NCBI GenBank assembly: GCA_963779415.1
Contig: CAVZYA010000002.1
Coordinates: 1,632,001 to 1,696,000, forward strand
Source: an uncultured Acidobacteriota bacterium
Lineage (GTDB): Bacteria > Acidobacteriota > Thermoanaerobaculia > UBA5066
Direction of reading: 5' to 3'
DNA: 64,000 nucleotides
Positions 35,881-50,889 of this stretch are shown one piece after another. The notes beneath the pieces are model-generated. The model saw only the letters and a list, made by a program, of their open reading frames with translations, did not search any database and had not been told where the DNA came from. The translations under genes and the position numbers were made by a program. Every line of letters begins with the position of its first letter. Within the stretch, counting starts at the first letter, position 1.

Positions 35881-37563
35881 ATGGAGGCCGGACCGGTGTT
35901 CAGCGATGTCGTGAAAAAGGGTCCCGCGCGCGCCCCGGCGCGGGCGATGCTCCGGGCCACCGGCCTCTCCGGAGCCGACATCGAGCGTCCGCTCGTGGCG
36001 GTCGCGAATACCTGGACCGAGGTCACTCCCTGCAACCTCCACCTCCGCCGCCTCGCGATGAAGGTGAAGGAGGGGATCCGGGCGGCGGGGGGGACTCCGA
36101 TCGAGTGCAACACGATCGCCATCTCGGACGGGATCTCGATGGGGACCGACGGAATGCGCGCCTCGCTCGTCTCGCGCGAGGTGATCGCCGACTCGATCGA
36201 GCTGTTCGTCAGCGGGCACTCCTTCGACGCCGTCGTGGCGATTTCGGGCTGCGACAAGACGATCCCGGGGACGGTGATGGCGATCGCGCGCCTCGACCTT
36301 CCCGCGGTGGCGCTCTACGGAGGCTCGATCCAGCCCGGGAGCTACCACGGCACCGACATCACGATTCAGGACGTCTTCGAGGCCGTGGGCGCCTTCTCGG
36401 CCGGGAAGATGAACGAGGGCGAGCTGCGCGCCATCGAGGAGCGGGCCTGCCCCGGCGCCGGGTCGTGCGGCGGACAGTTCACGGCCAACACGATGGCGAC
36501 GGCTCTCACGTTCCTCGGGATCTCGCCGATGGGGGCGAACGACGTCCCCGCCACCGATCCGCGCAAGGACGACGTGGCGTACGCCTGCGGCCAGCGGGTG
36601 ATGGGGCTCCTGAAGGAGGGGCTGACGCCGCGACGGATCCTGACCCGGGCCGCCTTCGAGAACGCGATCGCTTCCGTGGCCGCCACCGGCGGCTCGACGA
36701 ATGCCGTCCTCCATCTCCTCGCGATCGCGCGCGAGGCGGGGGTCCCGCTCGCGCTGGACGACTTCGACGCGATCTCCGGCCGGACGCCGATCCTCGCCGA
36801 CCTGAAGCCGGCGGGCCGGTTCACGGCGGTGGACATGGAGCACGCGGGAGGCGCCCGCCTCGTGGCGAAGCGTCTGGCCGACGCGGGCCTTCTCTCGGAC
36901 GCCCTCACGGTCACGGGCCGGACGATCTTCGAAGAGGCGAGGAGCGCCGTCGAGACGCCCGGGCAGGCCGTCATCCGCCCCGTCGGGCGCCCCGTGAAAC
37001 CGTCCGGCGGCCTCGCCATCCTCCGCGGCTCGCTCGCGCCGGAAGGGTGCGTCGCGAAGCTCGTGGGGCACGAGCGGACGAAGCATGTCGGTCCGGCGCG
37101 CGTTTTCGACGGCGAGGCCGCCGCGTTCGAAGCGGTCCAGAACCGGCGGATCCGCGAAGGGGACGTCGTCGTCATCCGGTACGAGGGGCCGAAGGGAGCG
37201 CCCGGGATGCCGGAGATGCTCGGTGTCACCGCCGCTCTCGTCGGGCAGGGGCTCGGGGGGTCGGTGGCGTTGATCACCGACGGCCGCTTCAGCGGCGCGA
37301 CGCACGGCCTCATGGTCGGACACGTCGCCCCCGAGGCCGCCTCCGGCGGCCCGATCGCCCTCCTCGAGGAAGGGGACCCGATCACGATCGACGTCAAGGC
37401 GCGCCGCCTCGACGTGGACGCCCCTCTCGAGGCGCGCCGCCGGACGTTCCGGCCGAGGGCCCCGCGCGCCACGACCGGAGCGCTCGCCAAGTACGCCCGC
37501 CTCGTCTCGTCCGCCTCGGAAGGGGCGATCACCGGATTCGCGCCCGAAGGAGCCCGCGCATGA
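35881..37563 (+). CDS. ilvD: Dihydroxy-acid dehydratase
   Basis: [44 protein letters not shown]. Confidence 0.97.
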   Translation: MEAGPVFSDVVKKGPARAPARAMLRATGLSGADIERPLVAVANTWTEVTPCNLHLRRLAMKVKEGIRAAGGTPIECNTIAISDGISMGTDGMRASLVSREVIADSIELFVSGHSFDAVVAISGCDKTIPGTVMAIARLDLPAVALYGGSIQPGSYHGTDITIQDVFEAVGAFSAGKMNEGELRAIEERACPGAGSCGGQFTANTMATALTFLGISPMGANDVPATDPRKDDVAYACGQRVMGLLKEGLTPRRILTRAAFENAIASVAATGGSTNAVLHLLAIAREAGVPLALDDFDAISGRTPILADLKPAGRFTAVDMEHAGGARLVAKRLADAGLLSDALTVTGRTIFEEARSAVETPGQAVIRPVGRPVKPSGGLAILRGSLAPEGCVAKLVGHERTKHVGPARVFDGEAAAFEAVQNRRIREGDVVVIRYEGPKGAPGMPEMLGVTAALVGQGLGGSVALITDGRFSGATHGLMVGHVAPEAASGGPIALLEEGDPITIDVKARRLDVDAPLEARRRTFRPRAPRATTGALAKYARLVSSASEGAITGFAPEGARA

Positions 37564-39293
37564 GCACCGTCCTCCGCACGGACACCGAAACCCGCCCGCG
37601 CGTTCGCGCCGCCCGTCTCTTCGTCGACGAGCTGGTCCGGCTCGGCGTCACGCACGTCTTCGGCCATCCGGGGGGCGCGGCGCTTCCGCTCTACGACGCG
37701 CTCTACGACACCCCGGCCATCACGCACCTTCTCGTCCGGCACGAGCAGAGCGGCGCGCACGCGGCCGAAGGGTTCGCTCGGGCCACGGGGCGCCCCGGCG
37801 TCTGCATCGCGACCTCCGGCCCCGGCGCGACGAACCTGATCACCGGCCTCGCCGACGCGATGATGGACTCGACGCCGATCGTCGCCCTGACGGCGCAGGT
37901 GCCGACGCACCTGATCGGGCGGGACGGCTTCCAGGAAGCGGACGTCGTCGGCCTGACGCAGCCGGTCACGAAGCACAACTGGCTCGTCCGCGACGCGGAG
38001 AGCCTCGTTCCGACGATCCGGAAGGCGTTCCGGACGGCGACGTCCGGACGCCAGGGCCCCGTTCTCGTCGACATCCCGCGCGACTTCCTGCAGGTCGAGA
38101 TCGAGGAGGCCGAGGAGGACGCCGAGGCGGCGCCGCGGGGGCGCCACGCCGAGGCTTCGGCTCTTCGGCATGCGGCGCTCGCAATCTCGAACGCGCGGCG
38201 TCCGGTTCTCTACGTCGGCGGCGGCGTCATCTCGTCGGGCGCGTCGGAAGAGCTGCGGCGTCTCGCGCGGAAGGCGCGGATCCCCGTCACGACGACCCTG
38301 ATGGGGAAGGGGGCCTACCCCGAGACCGACCCGCAGGCGCTCGGGATGCTCGGAATGCACGGCACGGCGTACGCGAACTGGGCGATCCACGAGAGCGACC
38401 TGATCATCGCCGTCGGCGTCCGGTTCGACGACCGCGTCACGCTGAAGATCGCGGCGTGGGCGCCGCACGCGCGGATCGTCCATATCGACGTGGACGAGGC
38501 GGAGATCGGAAAGAACCGGAAGGCGGACTACCCGCTCGCCGGCGACGCGCGGACCGTCCTCCACCAGCTGATCCCGCTCGTCGGCGCCCCCGACACGAAG
38601 GGGTGGTGGGAGCGGATCGAGGAGCTGAAGGCGCAGTACCCGCTCCGGTACTTCCAGGGGGAGGAGACGATCCTCCCGCAGTTCGCCATCGAGCGTCTCT
38701 GGGAGAAGACGAGGGGCCGGCGCCCGGTCCTGACGACCGACGTCGGGCAGCACCAGATGTGGGCGGCGCAGTACTGGAAGTGCGACGAGCCTCGGACCTT
38801 CATCACGTCGGGCGGCCTCGGGACGATGGGGTTCGGCCTCCCCGCCGCGATGGGGGCGCAGTGCGGCCTGCCGGACCGGCTCGTCATCAACCTGAACGGC
38901 GACGGGAGCTTCCAGCAGACGATGCAGGCGCTGATCACCGCCGCCGAGGCGAAGCTCCCGATCAAGGTCGTCATCCTCGACAACGGAAATCTCGGGATGG
39001 TCCGGCAGTGGCAGGAGCTCTTCTACGGGAAGCGGTACATCTCCGTGGCGATGTCGAACCCGGACTTCGCGAAGATCGCCGAAGCGATGGGGGCCGCGGC
39101 ATTCAGCGCCCGGCGCCCCGGGGAGCTGGACGCGGCGTACGACGCGATGCTCGCCGTGACGGACCGTCCCGCGGTCGCCCACGTCGTCGTCGAGCCGTCG
39201 GAGAACTGCTATCCGATCTGGCCCGCCGGCGTCGGGATCGAGGGGATGATCCCGCGGGATCCGCGGCACGAGGGCGAGGAGGCTTCCCGATGA
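37560..39293 (+). CDS. ilvB: Acetolactate synthase large subunit
   Basis: [44 protein letters not shown]. Confidence 0.96.
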   Translation: MSTVLRTDTETRPRVRAARLFVDELVRLGVTHVFGHPGGAALPLYDALYDTPAITHLLVRHEQSGAHAAEGFARATGRPGVCIATSGPGATNLITGLADAMMDSTPIVALTAQVPTHLIGRDGFQEADVVGLTQPVTKHNWLVRDAESLVPTIRKAFRTATSGRQGPVLVDIPRDFLQVEIEEAEEDAEAAPRGRHAEASALRHAALAISNARRPVLYVGGGVISSGASEELRRLARKARIPVTTTLMGKGAYPETDPQALGMLGMHGTAYANWAIHESDLIIAVGVRFDDRVTLKIAAWAPHARIVHIDVDEAEIGKNRKADYPLAGDARTVLHQLIPLVGAPDTKGWWERIEELKAQYPLRYFQGEETILPQFAIERLWEKTRGRRPVLTTDVGQHQMWAAQYWKCDEPRTFITSGGLGTMGFGLPAAMGAQCGLPDRLVINLNGDGSFQQTMQALITAAEAKLPIKVVILDNGNLGMVRQWQELFYGKRYISVAMSNPDFAKIAEAMGAAAFSARRPGELDAAYDAMLAVTDRPAVAHVVVEPSENCYPIWPAGVGIEGMIPRDPRHEGEEASR

Positions 39294-39565
39294 AGCGGAC
39301 CATCGTCGCCCACGTCGAGAACGTCCCCGGGATCCTCGCGCGCGTGGACGGCCTCTTCCGCCGCCACACCCTTCCGATCGAGAGCCTCTTTCTCGAGGCC
39401 GGAAGCGGAGCGACTGCCCGTCTCACGGTCGTCCTCCGGGCGTCGGCCGACGCCGCCGCCCTCGTCGTCCGTCAGATGCGTCGCCTCGGCGACGTGCGGG
39501 AGGCCCACGAGGCCGGTCCCGAGATTTCCCACGACACCGTCGCCCGCCTCCGCCCCGCCGGCTGA
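39290..39565 (+). CDS. ilvN: Acetolactate synthase small subunit (single ACT domain)
   Basis: [20 protein letters not shown] motif; ATGA overlap with ilvB. Confidence 0.82.
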   Translation: MKRTIVAHVENVPGILARVDGLFRRHTLPIESLFLEAGSGATARLTVVLRASADAAALVVRQMRRLGDVREAHEAGPEISHDTVARLRPAG

Positions 39566-39591
39566 GGAGGAGAGAGAGCAAGGAGTTCGAG

Positions 39592-40605
39592 ATGGCCAAG
39601 ATCTACTACGACAAGGACGCCGACGTCTCCCGGCTGAAGGGGCGGACCGTGGCCGTGATCGGCTACGGCAGCCAGGGGCATGCCCACGCCCTGAACCTCC
39701 GCGACAGCGGCGTCTCCGTCCTCGTGGGGCTCCACGACACGTCGGCTTCCGCCGCGAAGGCGCGCGCCGAGAAGCTGACGGTTCTCTCCGTCGACGAGGC
39801 GGCGCGGCGCGCGGAGATCATCATGATCCTGACCCCGGACACGGGGCAGAAGAAGCTCTACGAAGAGGCGATCGCGCCGCACCTCGGGAAGGGAAAGACG
39901 CTCCTTTTCGCCCACGGCTTCAACATCCGCTTCGGCCAGATCGTCCCGCCGCCGGACGTGGACGTCGCGATGATCGCTCCGAAGGCGCCGGGGCACCGCG
40001 TCCGCGAGCTGTACAAGGACGGCGAGGGGACGCCGGCTCTCGTCGCGATCGACCAGAACGCGAGCGGCCACGCCCGCGAGGACGCTCTGGCGTACGCCAA
40101 GGCCCTCGGCTGCACGCGGGCGGGGGTCCTCGAGACGACCTTCGCCGAGGAGACGGAGACCGACCTCTTCGGCGAGCAGGCCGTCCTCTGCGGCGGCGTT
40201 TCGGCCCTCGTGAAGGCGGGCTTCGAGACGCTGGTGGCCGCGGGGTACCAGCCCGAGGTCGCGTACTTCGAGTGCCTCCACGAGCTGAAGCTCATCGTCG
40301 ACCTCTTCTACCGGGGAGGCCTCAACTACATGCGCTACTCCGTGAGCGACACGGCCGAGTACGGCGACTACACCGCCGGGCCGCGCCTCGTCACGGACGG
40401 GACGCGCGCCGAGATGAAGAAGCTCCTCGCGGAGATCCAGGAAGGCGTCTTCGCCGAGAAGTGGATCGCCGAGAACGCCGCGGGGCGGCCGAACTTCGAG
40501 AGGCAGCGGGAGGCGGAGCGGGAGCATCAAATCGAGAAGGTCGGCAGGGAGCTTCGCGACCGGATGCCCTTTCTCCATCCCGTCGTCGTGGACCGGGTGG
40601 CCTGA
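39592..40605 (+). CDS. ilvC: Ketol-acid reductoisomerase
   Basis: [33 protein letters not shown]. Confidence 0.97.
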   Translation: MAKIYYDKDADVSRLKGRTVAVIGYGSQGHAHALNLRDSGVSVLVGLHDTSASAAKARAEKLTVLSVDEAARRAEIIMILTPDTGQKKLYEEAIAPHLGKGKTLLFAHGFNIRFGQIVPPPDVDVAMIAPKAPGHRVRELYKDGEGTPALVAIDQNASGHAREDALAYAKALGCTRAGVLETTFAEETETDLFGEQAVLCGGVSALVKAGFETLVAAGYQPEVAYFECLHELKLIVDLFYRGGLNYMRYSVSDTAEYGDYTAGPRLVTDGTRAEMKKLLAEIQEGVFAEKWIAENAAGRPNFERQREAEREHQIEKVGRELRDRMPFLHPVVVDRVA

Positions 40606-40606
40606 G

Positions 40607-41899
40607 ATGGAGACGAACGACATCCGCCGCATCGTCATCTTCGACACGACCCTGCGCGACGGCGAGCAGGCCCCGGGCTACTCGCTCCGCCACGACGAGA
40701 AGCTCCGCTTCGCGCGGACGCTCGACGAGCTGGGGGTGGACGTCATCGAGGCCGGCTTCCCGATCGCGTCCGCCGACGACTTCGAGGCCGTCCGCGCCGT
40801 CGCGAAGGACGTACGGCGCCCGGCCGTGGCCGGCCTCGCCCGCAGCGTCCCGGCCGACATCGACCGGGCCGGCGCGGCGCTGGAGGGGGCCGCTCACCCC
40901 CGGATGCACGTCTTCATCGCGACGTCGGACCTGCACCTTTCGCGCAAGCTCGGCATCTCCCGCGAGCAGGCGCTCGAGGCGGCGGTGACCGGCGTCGAGC
41001 GCGCCCGCCGCTTCGCGGACGACGTGGAGTTCTCCGCCGAGGACGCGACGCGGAGCGACCCGGACTTCCTCGCGGCGATCGTCGCGGCGGTCGCCAATGC
41101 CGGGGCGACGACGGTGAATCTTCCCGACACGGTCGGCTACTCGGTCCCCGAGGAGATCCGCGAGATGTTCCGGAGGGTGCGGGCGCACCTCCCGGCCGGG
41201 AGGGACGTGATCCTCTCCGCCCACTGCCACAACGACCTCGGCCTCGCCGTGGCGAACTCGATCGCCGCGATCGAGGGGGGCGCCCGGCAGATCGAGTGCA
41301 CGGTGAACGGCATCGGAGAGCGGGCCGGGAACGCCTCGCTGGAGGAGTTCGCGATGGCCCTCAGGGTCCGCGGCGACCGGCTTCCCTTCGAGACGGGGAT
41401 CCGGACGCCGGTCCTCTTCGCCGCGAGCCAGCTCCTCTCCGAGCTGACCGGCGAGGCCGTCCAGGCGAACAAGGCGATCGTCGGGCGGAACGCCTTCGCC
41501 CACGAGGCGGGGATCCACCAGGACGGCCTCCTGAAGGACCGACGGACTTACGAGATCATGCGGGCCGAGGACGTCGGCCGCCCGAGCGCGACGCTCGTCC
41601 TCGGAAAGCACTCAGGGCGCCATGCGGTCAAGGCGCGCTGCGAAGCGCTGAAGATCACGCTGACCCGCTTCGAGCTGGACGACGTCTACCGGCGGATGAT
41701 CCTTCTTTCCGAGCGGAAGAAGGCCGTGGAGGACCCGGACCTCCTCGAGATGGTCGAGGAGATGCGCCGGGCCGAGGCGCGGCGCGCGGCCCCGACGCCC
41801 GTGGCCTCGGGGCCTTCCGCCGGGACGGCCCCGGCCCGCCGTCCGCGCTGGGACTCCCCGGCCGCGATCGACGAGCCGGGATACGGCTTCGGAGTCTGA
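40607..41899 (+). CDS. leuA: 2-isopropylmalate synthase (short form)
   Basis: [37 protein letters not shown]. Confidence 0.94.
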   Translation: METNDIRRIVIFDTTLRDGEQAPGYSLRHDEKLRFARTLDELGVDVIEAGFPIASADDFEAVRAVAKDVRRPAVAGLARSVPADIDRAGAALEGAAHPRMHVFIATSDLHLSRKLGISREQALEAAVTGVERARRFADDVEFSAEDATRSDPDFLAAIVAAVANAGATTVNLPDTVGYSVPEEIREMFRRVRAHLPAGRDVILSAHCHNDLGLAVANSIAAIEGGARQIECTVNGIGERAGNASLEEFAMALRVRGDRLPFETGIRTPVLFAASQLLSELTGEAVQANKAIVGRNAFAHEAGIHQDGLLKDRRTYEIMRAEDVGRPSATLVLGKHSGRHAVKARCEALKITLTRFELDDVYRRMILLSERKKAVEDPDLLEMVEEMRRAEARRAAPTPVASGPSAGTAPARRPRWDSPAAIDEPGYGFGV

Positions 41900-42982
41900 G
41901 TGGGAAGACGCGCGCGGATCGCCCTCCTCCCTGGCGACGGCATCGGCCCCGAGGTGGCCGCCGCCGCCGTGAGGGTGCTGGAGAGCGTTGCCGCGCGGCA
42001 CGGGCACGTCTTCACGTTCGACACGCGCCCGATCGGCGCCGCGGCGCTCCGCGCCGGAGAATCGCCGCTCCCCGACGCGACGCGGAAAGCCTGCCTCTCC
42101 TCCGACGCCGTCTTCCTCGCCGCCGTCGGCGATCCGGCTTTCGACGCTGCGCCGCCGGAAAAGCGCCCCGAGGCGGGGCTCCTCGCGCTCCGGAAGGCCC
42201 TCGGCGTCTACGCGAACCTCCGGCCGGGACGGCTCTTCGCCGGCCTGAACGGGGCGGGTCCCCTCAAGCCCGAGATCGCGCGCGGCCTCGACCTCGTCAT
42301 CGTCCGCGAGCTGACGGGGGGCCTCTACTACGGAACGCCGCGTCGCCTCGATCTGGCGGCCGGGACGGCCGTCAACACCCTTCCCTACACCCGCGGCGAG
42401 ATCGTCCGCGTGGCCGAGGTCGCCTTTCGGATCGCCGAGGGGCGGCGGAAGCTCGTGACGTCGGTCGACAAGTCGAACGTCCTCGAGACGTCGCAGCTCT
42501 GGCGCGCCGTCGTGACCGAGGTCGCCACGCGGCACCCGGACGTGAGGCTCGAGCACCAGCTCGTCGACTCGTGCGCGATGAGCCTTGTGGCGAACCCCTC
42601 CCGCTTCGACGTCCTCGTCATGGAGAACCTCTTCGGGGACATCCTCTCCGACGAGGTCGGGGCGCTCGTCGGGTCGCTGGGGCTCCTCCCGTCCGCGAGC
42701 CTGGGGGACGGGCCGGGGCTCTTCGAGCCGGTGCATGGCTCGGCTCCGGCGCTCGCCGGAAAGAACGTCGCGAACCCGGTCGGCGCGATCGCCTCGGCTG
42801 CGCTTCTCCTCAGGCACGGCCTCTCGCTCCCCGCGGAGGCCGATGCCGTCGAGCGCGCCGTCGAGAAAGTCCTCGCCGCCGGGGCTCGGACCCAGGACCT
42901 TCTGCCGCCCGGATCCGCCGGCGCGGCTTCCACCACCGGCATGACCGACGCCATCGTGACCGCGCTCGAGACGGCGCACTGA
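41900..42982 (+). CDS. leuB: 3-isopropylmalate dehydrogenase
   Basis: PGDGIGPEV, RELTGGLY, NLFGDILSD, EPVHGSAP. Confidence 0.97.
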   Translation: MGRRARIALLPGDGIGPEVAAAAVRVLESVAARHGHVFTFDTRPIGAAALRAGESPLPDATRKACLSSDAVFLAAVGDPAFDAAPPEKRPEAGLLALRKALGVYANLRPGRLFAGLNGAGPLKPEIARGLDLVIVRELTGGLYYGTPRRLDLAAGTAVNTLPYTRGEIVRVAEVAFRIAEGRRKLVTSVDKSNVLETSQLWRAVVTEVATRHPDVRLEHQLVDSCAMSLVANPSRFDVLVMENLFGDILSDEVGALVGSLGLLPSASLGDGPGLFEPVHGSAPALAGKNVANPVGAIASAALLLRHGLSLPAEADAVERAVEKVLAAGARTQDLLPPGSAGAASTTGMTDAIVTALETAH

Positions 42983-42992
42983 AAGGTACCCC

Positions 42993-43965
42993 ATGGCCGC
43001 CAAGACCATCGAGACGAAGACCATCTGGATGAACGGGGAGTTCGTGGACGCCGCGAAGGCGACGGTCTCCTTCCTGACGCCCGGCTTTCACTACGGGATC
43101 GGAGTTTTCGAGGGAATCCGCTGCTACGCGACCGCGGAGGGCCCGGCAGTCTTCCGGCTCCGCGAGCACGTGGACCGGCTTCTCGAGTCGGCGCGGTGCC
43201 TCGGCTTCCGCGAGGTTCCCTGGTCCGCCGCCGACCTGATCGCGGCCATCGAGGAGACGATCGTCCGTAACGGCTACGACGAGTGCTACATCCGCCCGCT
43301 CATCTGGCTCGACGCCGGCGGCTGGAACCTGAACATCGACGGCGGGACCCCGTCTCTCGGCATCGCCGTCTGGCCGTGGAAGGACTACCTCGGCCCCGAC
43401 GCCCTGAAGAAGGGGATCCGCGCGAACGTCTCCTCGATCACCCGCCACCACCCGAACGCGACGGCGACGAAGGCGAAGATCAGCGGGAACTACGTCAACA
43501 GCTTCCTCGCGAAGACCGAGTCGGTCCGGCTCGGGTTCGACGAGGCGATCCTCCTCGATCCGGACGGCTACGTCGCCGAATGCACGGGGGCGAATCTCTT
43601 CGTCGTCCGGGGCGGGAAGATCTTCACGCCCCCCGCGGCGCCGGTCCTCGAGGGGATCACGCGGGACTCCATCATGACGCTCGCCGGCGACCACGGCATC
43701 CCGGTCGTCGAGGGCCTCATGTCGCGCGATCAGCTCTACATCGCCGACGAGGTCTTCGTCTGCGGCACGGCGGCCGAGTGCGTCGCCCTTTGCGAGATCG
43801 ACTTCAGGAAGATCGGCTCGGGCGAAGCCGGCCCGGTGACGCGTGCGCTTCAGGCGGCCTATCACGGCGCCGTCACGTGGCGAGGATCCGCGCTCCGACG
43901 GGTGGTGCCATCCGGTCGAGAAGGCCGCGCCGCGCCGGGTCGCCTCCTTCGGCCGCCGGCGCTGA
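42993..43965 (+). CDS. ilvE: Branched-chain amino acid aminotransferase; probable 1-nt insertion near 43875
   Basis: HYGIGVFEGIR, AKISGNY, EGITRDS, GTAAE. Removing one base gives the typical end GAVRGEDPRSDGWCHPV...* at 43965. Confidence 0.92.
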
Positions 43966-43978
43966 GACCCCGGCCCTC

Positions 43979-45489
43979 TTGAAGCGCGACTATCTCGAGC
44001 GGATCCTCTCGGCCCGCGTCTACGACGTGGCGGTGGAGTCTCCGCTCGAGCCGGCCCCGAGCCTCTCGCGGCGGCTGGGGGACCAGGTTCTCCTCAAACG
44101 CGAGGACCTGCAGCCCGTCTTCTCCTTCAAGCTGCGCGGCGCCTACAACCGGATGGTCCGTCTCTCGCCGCCGGCCCTCGCCCGCGGCGTCGTCGCGGCG
44201 TCGGCCGGGAACCACGCGCAGGGAGTCGCCCTCGCGGCGCAGCGGCTGGGCTGCCGGGCGACGATCGTCATGCCGGTGACGACGCCCCGGATCAAGGTGG
44301 ACGCCGTGGCGGCGCGTGGCGCCGAGGTCGTCCTCCACGGCGACTCCTACGACGACGCGTACACCGAGGCTCGCCGGCTCGCCCGGAAAGGGCGGAGGAC
44401 CTTCGTCCATCCGTACGACGACCCGGACGTCATCGCCGGGCAGGGGACGATCGGGATGGAGATTCTCCGCCAGCATCCCCGGGGGATCGACGCGATCTTC
44501 GTGGCGGTCGGCGGCGGAGGCCTCGTCGCCGGCATCGCCGCGTACGTCAAGAGGCTCCAGCCCCGGATCAAGATGATCGGCGTGGAGCCGGCCGACGCGG
44601 ACGCGATGTCCCGCTCGATCGCGGCCGGGCGGCGCGTGACGCTCCCCGAGGTCGGCCTCTTCGCGGACGGCGTCGCGGTGAGGAAGGTCGGGAAGGAGAC
44701 GTTCCGGCTCTGCCGGAAGCTCCTCGACGAGGTCGTCCTCGTCGACACGGACGCGATCTGCGCGGCGATCAAGGACGTCTTCGAGGAGACGCGCTCGATC
44801 CTCGAGCCCGCGGGGGCGCTCCCGGTCGCGGGGCTCAAGAAGTGGGCCGAGCGCGGCCGGCGCCGCGGGCGGACGCTCGTCGCCGTGACGAGCGGCGCGA
44901 ACATGAACTTCGACCGGCTGCGCCACGTGGCCGAGCGGGCCGAGCTGGGCGAACGGCGCGAGGCGATCCTCGCCGTCACGATCCCGGAGCGTCCGGGGAG
45001 CTTTCGCGCGTTCTGCGCGCTCGTCGGCCCGCGGAACATGACCGAGTTCAACTACCGCTATGCCGACCGCGAGAAGGCGCACGTCTTCGTCGGGCTGGAG
45101 CTGCGCCACGCGGGGGAGGTGCGGGACCTCCTCGGGCGCCTCCGGGCGCCGGCTTCCCGGCGCTCGACCTGACCGACAACGAGATGGCGAAGCTCCACGT
45201 CCGCCACCTCGTCGGCGGGCGGGCGCCGGAGGCGCACGACGAGCGTCTCTTCCGCTTCGAGTTCCCGGAGCGCCCCGGCGCGCTCCTGACCTTCCTCTCG
45301 AAGATGCGGCGCGACTGGAACATCAGCCTCTTCCACTACCGGAATCACGGCGCCGACTACGGGCGCGTCCTCGCCGGGATCCAGGTTCCGCACCGCGACG
45401 ACGCGAAGTTCCGCGACTTCCTTTCGGACCTCGGCTACCGCCACTGGGACGAGAGCGCGAATCCCGCCTACCGGCTCTTCCTGAGCTGA
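43979..45489 (+). CDS. ilvA: Biosynthetic threonine ammonia-lyase; frameshift near 45145
   Basis: [36 protein letters not shown]. The C-terminal [15 protein letters not shown] region lies in the shifted frame. Confidence 0.93.
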
Positions 45490-45517
45490 GAGGGGAGCGT
45501 CCTTCCCGGTCCGCGAC

Positions 45518-46318
45518 TCAGCGGGCCGGCGTCTCCCAGCGGATCTCCGAGCCCCAGGTGCTGTGGGGAATCGCGAAGACGACGAGAGTTGCGAGGGCCG
45601 CGAGGACGACGGCCGTCCGGGCCTCGCCGCCGCGGCGCTGAAGAAGGACCGCCGCCGCCCAGAAGAAGGCCGCGAAGAGCGTCTTGTTGTCGGTCAGGTC
45701 CCATCCGAAGGGGATCCCGGTCCACAACGCTCCGAAGGCCGCCTTCTGGACGACGGGGCCGAGGACGAATCCGCCGAGGAGTATCAGCACGAGGGTGATG
45801 AGAGTCCGTTTTCGGAGCGGCAGCCCCGGCACGAGAGCGGCGAGCCCGGCGGCGCTGGAGACGAGCATGGCGGAGAACATGACGGCCACATGCGTGACGA
45901 GGAGGGGCGTCGAGACCTCCCCCTTGAACCGCGTGACGGCCGGGCGCGGCGGAAAGAGCTGTGTCTCCACGCCGCGGTCCAGCCGTACCTGGTACTCGAG
46001 CTTTCCCGCCGGGGGCTGGTGGGGGAGCGCGGCCTCGAGCACGTCTCCCTTCCGCTCCATCGGAAGGATGGTCCACGCGTCGTTCGTCGGGAAGCGGCGC
46101 CATGCCACCTTCCCCGTGACGGTCGCATCGGGCGCGACGACCGTCACGGGCTGGTCTCCCTCTCCTCCGTGCGTCCGGGTCAGCCGGAGGCGGATCTCCC
46201 GGCCGGCGAGTGTGACGTTCCCGCGGACGGGATAGGTCGGGCCGGTCACCCGCTGCCAGACGGCCGAGACGATCGTGATCAGGAAGGCGAGCCCATAGCG
46301 GACGGCGGGCCTCTGCAT
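45518..46318 (-). CDS. Hypothetical membrane protein
   Basis: QRVTGPTYP, PPAGKLEY, RFKG, WTGIPFGWDLTDNKTL and several TM helices. Confidence 0.75.
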   Translation of the reverse strand: MQRPAVRYGLAFLITIVSAVWQRVTGPTYPVRGNVTLAGREIRLRLTRTHGGEGDQPVTVVAPDATVTGKVAWRRFPTNDAWTILPMERKGDVLEAALPHQPPAGKLEYQVRLDRGVETQLFPPRPAVTRFKGEVSTPLLVTHVAVMFSAMLVSSAAGLAALVPGLPLRKRTLITLVLILLGGFVLGPVVQKAAFGALWTGIPFGWDLTDNKTLFAAFFWAAAVLLQRRGGEARTAVVLAALATLVVFAIPHSTWGSEIRWETPAR

Positions 46319-46426
46319 CCCGGGTCTTTTCGCAGAGGCGAGGCTTTCGGTCAATAGGGCATCTACCCGGTCGCGGCGGCCCGGGGGTATCGTGGAGCGG
46401 GTTTCTTCGCGAATGCGGGTGCTCGC

Positions 46427-47380
46427 GTGATCCGATCCGCCCTCCCCGGCGCGGCCGTGGCGGGGCTGGCTTTCTCGCTATCTGCCTGTGTCTCGAACGT
46501 CCCTCCCACGGACCTGATCCCGGCCGGTCCGGCCGTGACGCGCATGGAGGACCTGAGCGGCGACTACTGTTACGTCGGGCCCGAAGCAAACGTCCGCTCG
46601 TACCGCAGGGGGCCGGTCTTCATCCCGTTCGTCGACGTCCCGGCGCTCGCGACTCCGGGCGTCGTCTCCGTCCAGGCGACGAAGGAGCGGGTTGCCATCG
46701 TCTTCACCCGTTCGGACGGCACGGAAGAGGAGCGCGTCTTTGGTCCGGGAAAGGCCGGGGCCGTCTGGCGAAAGAACGCCCTCGTGATTTCGTCCGGGAG
46801 CGGGGGAGGCTCGATGCACTCGGACAATTACGGATTCACGACGGACCTCGGAGGACACAGCGAAAGCCGGCTTTCCCGGCTGAAGGACGGCCGGCTGGTG
46901 ATGAGCGATTCGTTCCGCCGGAAGACCTACAGCTCGCCGCCGGGCGGGCAGAATTTCGTGTTCATCGTCGACGAGTACCTCGTGGCCGTGATCCTGGATC
47001 CGGCGATCGGAGAGTGCGGACAGGACGCCAAGGGCCGGCCCGCCCAGCCGTGGTTCGGACGCGGCCCGAATCTGCGCGATCCGGCTTGCGCCTCCCGATT
47101 CGAAGAGCAGGTCACCGCGATCCTCGTGGACCAGGGTGAAGCGCCGGAAAACGCCGCTCTCTTCGCGGGTGACGCGCTCCAGTCGGGCATCGGGGGCGCA
47201 TGGAGCCGGGACTTCTACGTGTCGTCCTGGTCCGGAGCCACCTACCGGTTCGAGGTCGCGAAGATGGGATCGGGAGGCGTTCTACGCCTCTTCGAGCGAC
47301 AGAACCAGAACGGTTCCCTCCTGAACACACTCTCGTACATCGCAACCCGTCCGCTACCGGAATGCGCCTGCAATGACTGA
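46427..47380 (+). CDS. Hypothetical lipoprotein
   Basis: Lipobox LSAC after a hydrophobic leader. Confidence 0.65.
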   Translation: MIRSALPGAAVAGLAFSLSACVSNVPPTDLIPAGPAVTRMEDLSGDYCYVGPEANVRSYRRGPVFIPFVDVPALATPGVVSVQATKERVAIVFTRSDGTEEERVFGPGKAGAVWRKNALVISSGSGGGSMHSDNYGFTTDLGGHSESRLSRLKDGRLVMSDSFRRKTYSSPPGGQNFVFIVDEYLVAVILDPAIGECGQDAKGRPAQPWFGRGPNLRDPACASRFEEQVTAILVDQGEAPENAALFAGDALQSGIGGAWSRDFYVSSWSGATYRFEVAKMGSGGVLRLFERQNQNGSLLNTLSYIATRPLPECACND

Positions 47381-47403
47381 GAGGAAGACTTGAGGCTTCC
47401 TCT

Positions 47404-47404
<1 letters not shown>
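47379..47404. terminator. Hairpin between convergent genes
   Basis: GAGAGGAAG-8 nt-CTTCCTCTC. Confidence 0.5.
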
Positions 47405-50726
<3,322 letters not shown>

Positions 50727-50759
50727 GCGCGTCCTCTCCGGCCGATCCTACAACGAAAA

Positions 50760-50796
50760 ATGAGCCGTGGCTCATCGAAAATGAATGCCGGCTCAC
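50760..50796. promoter_or_regulatory. Putative tandem repressor operators upstream of fadB
   Basis: Perfect palindrome ATGAGCC-GT-GGCTCAT (50760-50775) and related ATGAATGCCGGCTCAC (50781-50796). Minus-strand -10 TAGGAT at 50745-50750. Confidence 0.55.
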
Positions 50797-50889
50797 CGCA
50801 TCCGGCCGGACGCCAGCGGGATGCGGAGGGCATCAGCGAAGCCAGGGAGCTTTCGCGGCAAGGCCTTGAAATCGCGATTGAGGTCCTGA

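Noticed and set aside
50797-50826. CCGCATCC...GGATGCGG inverted repeat as a REP or ncRNA
   Set aside because: Single 8-bp stem with no other copies seen; it may just be a terminator-like hairpin downstream of the kinase gene.
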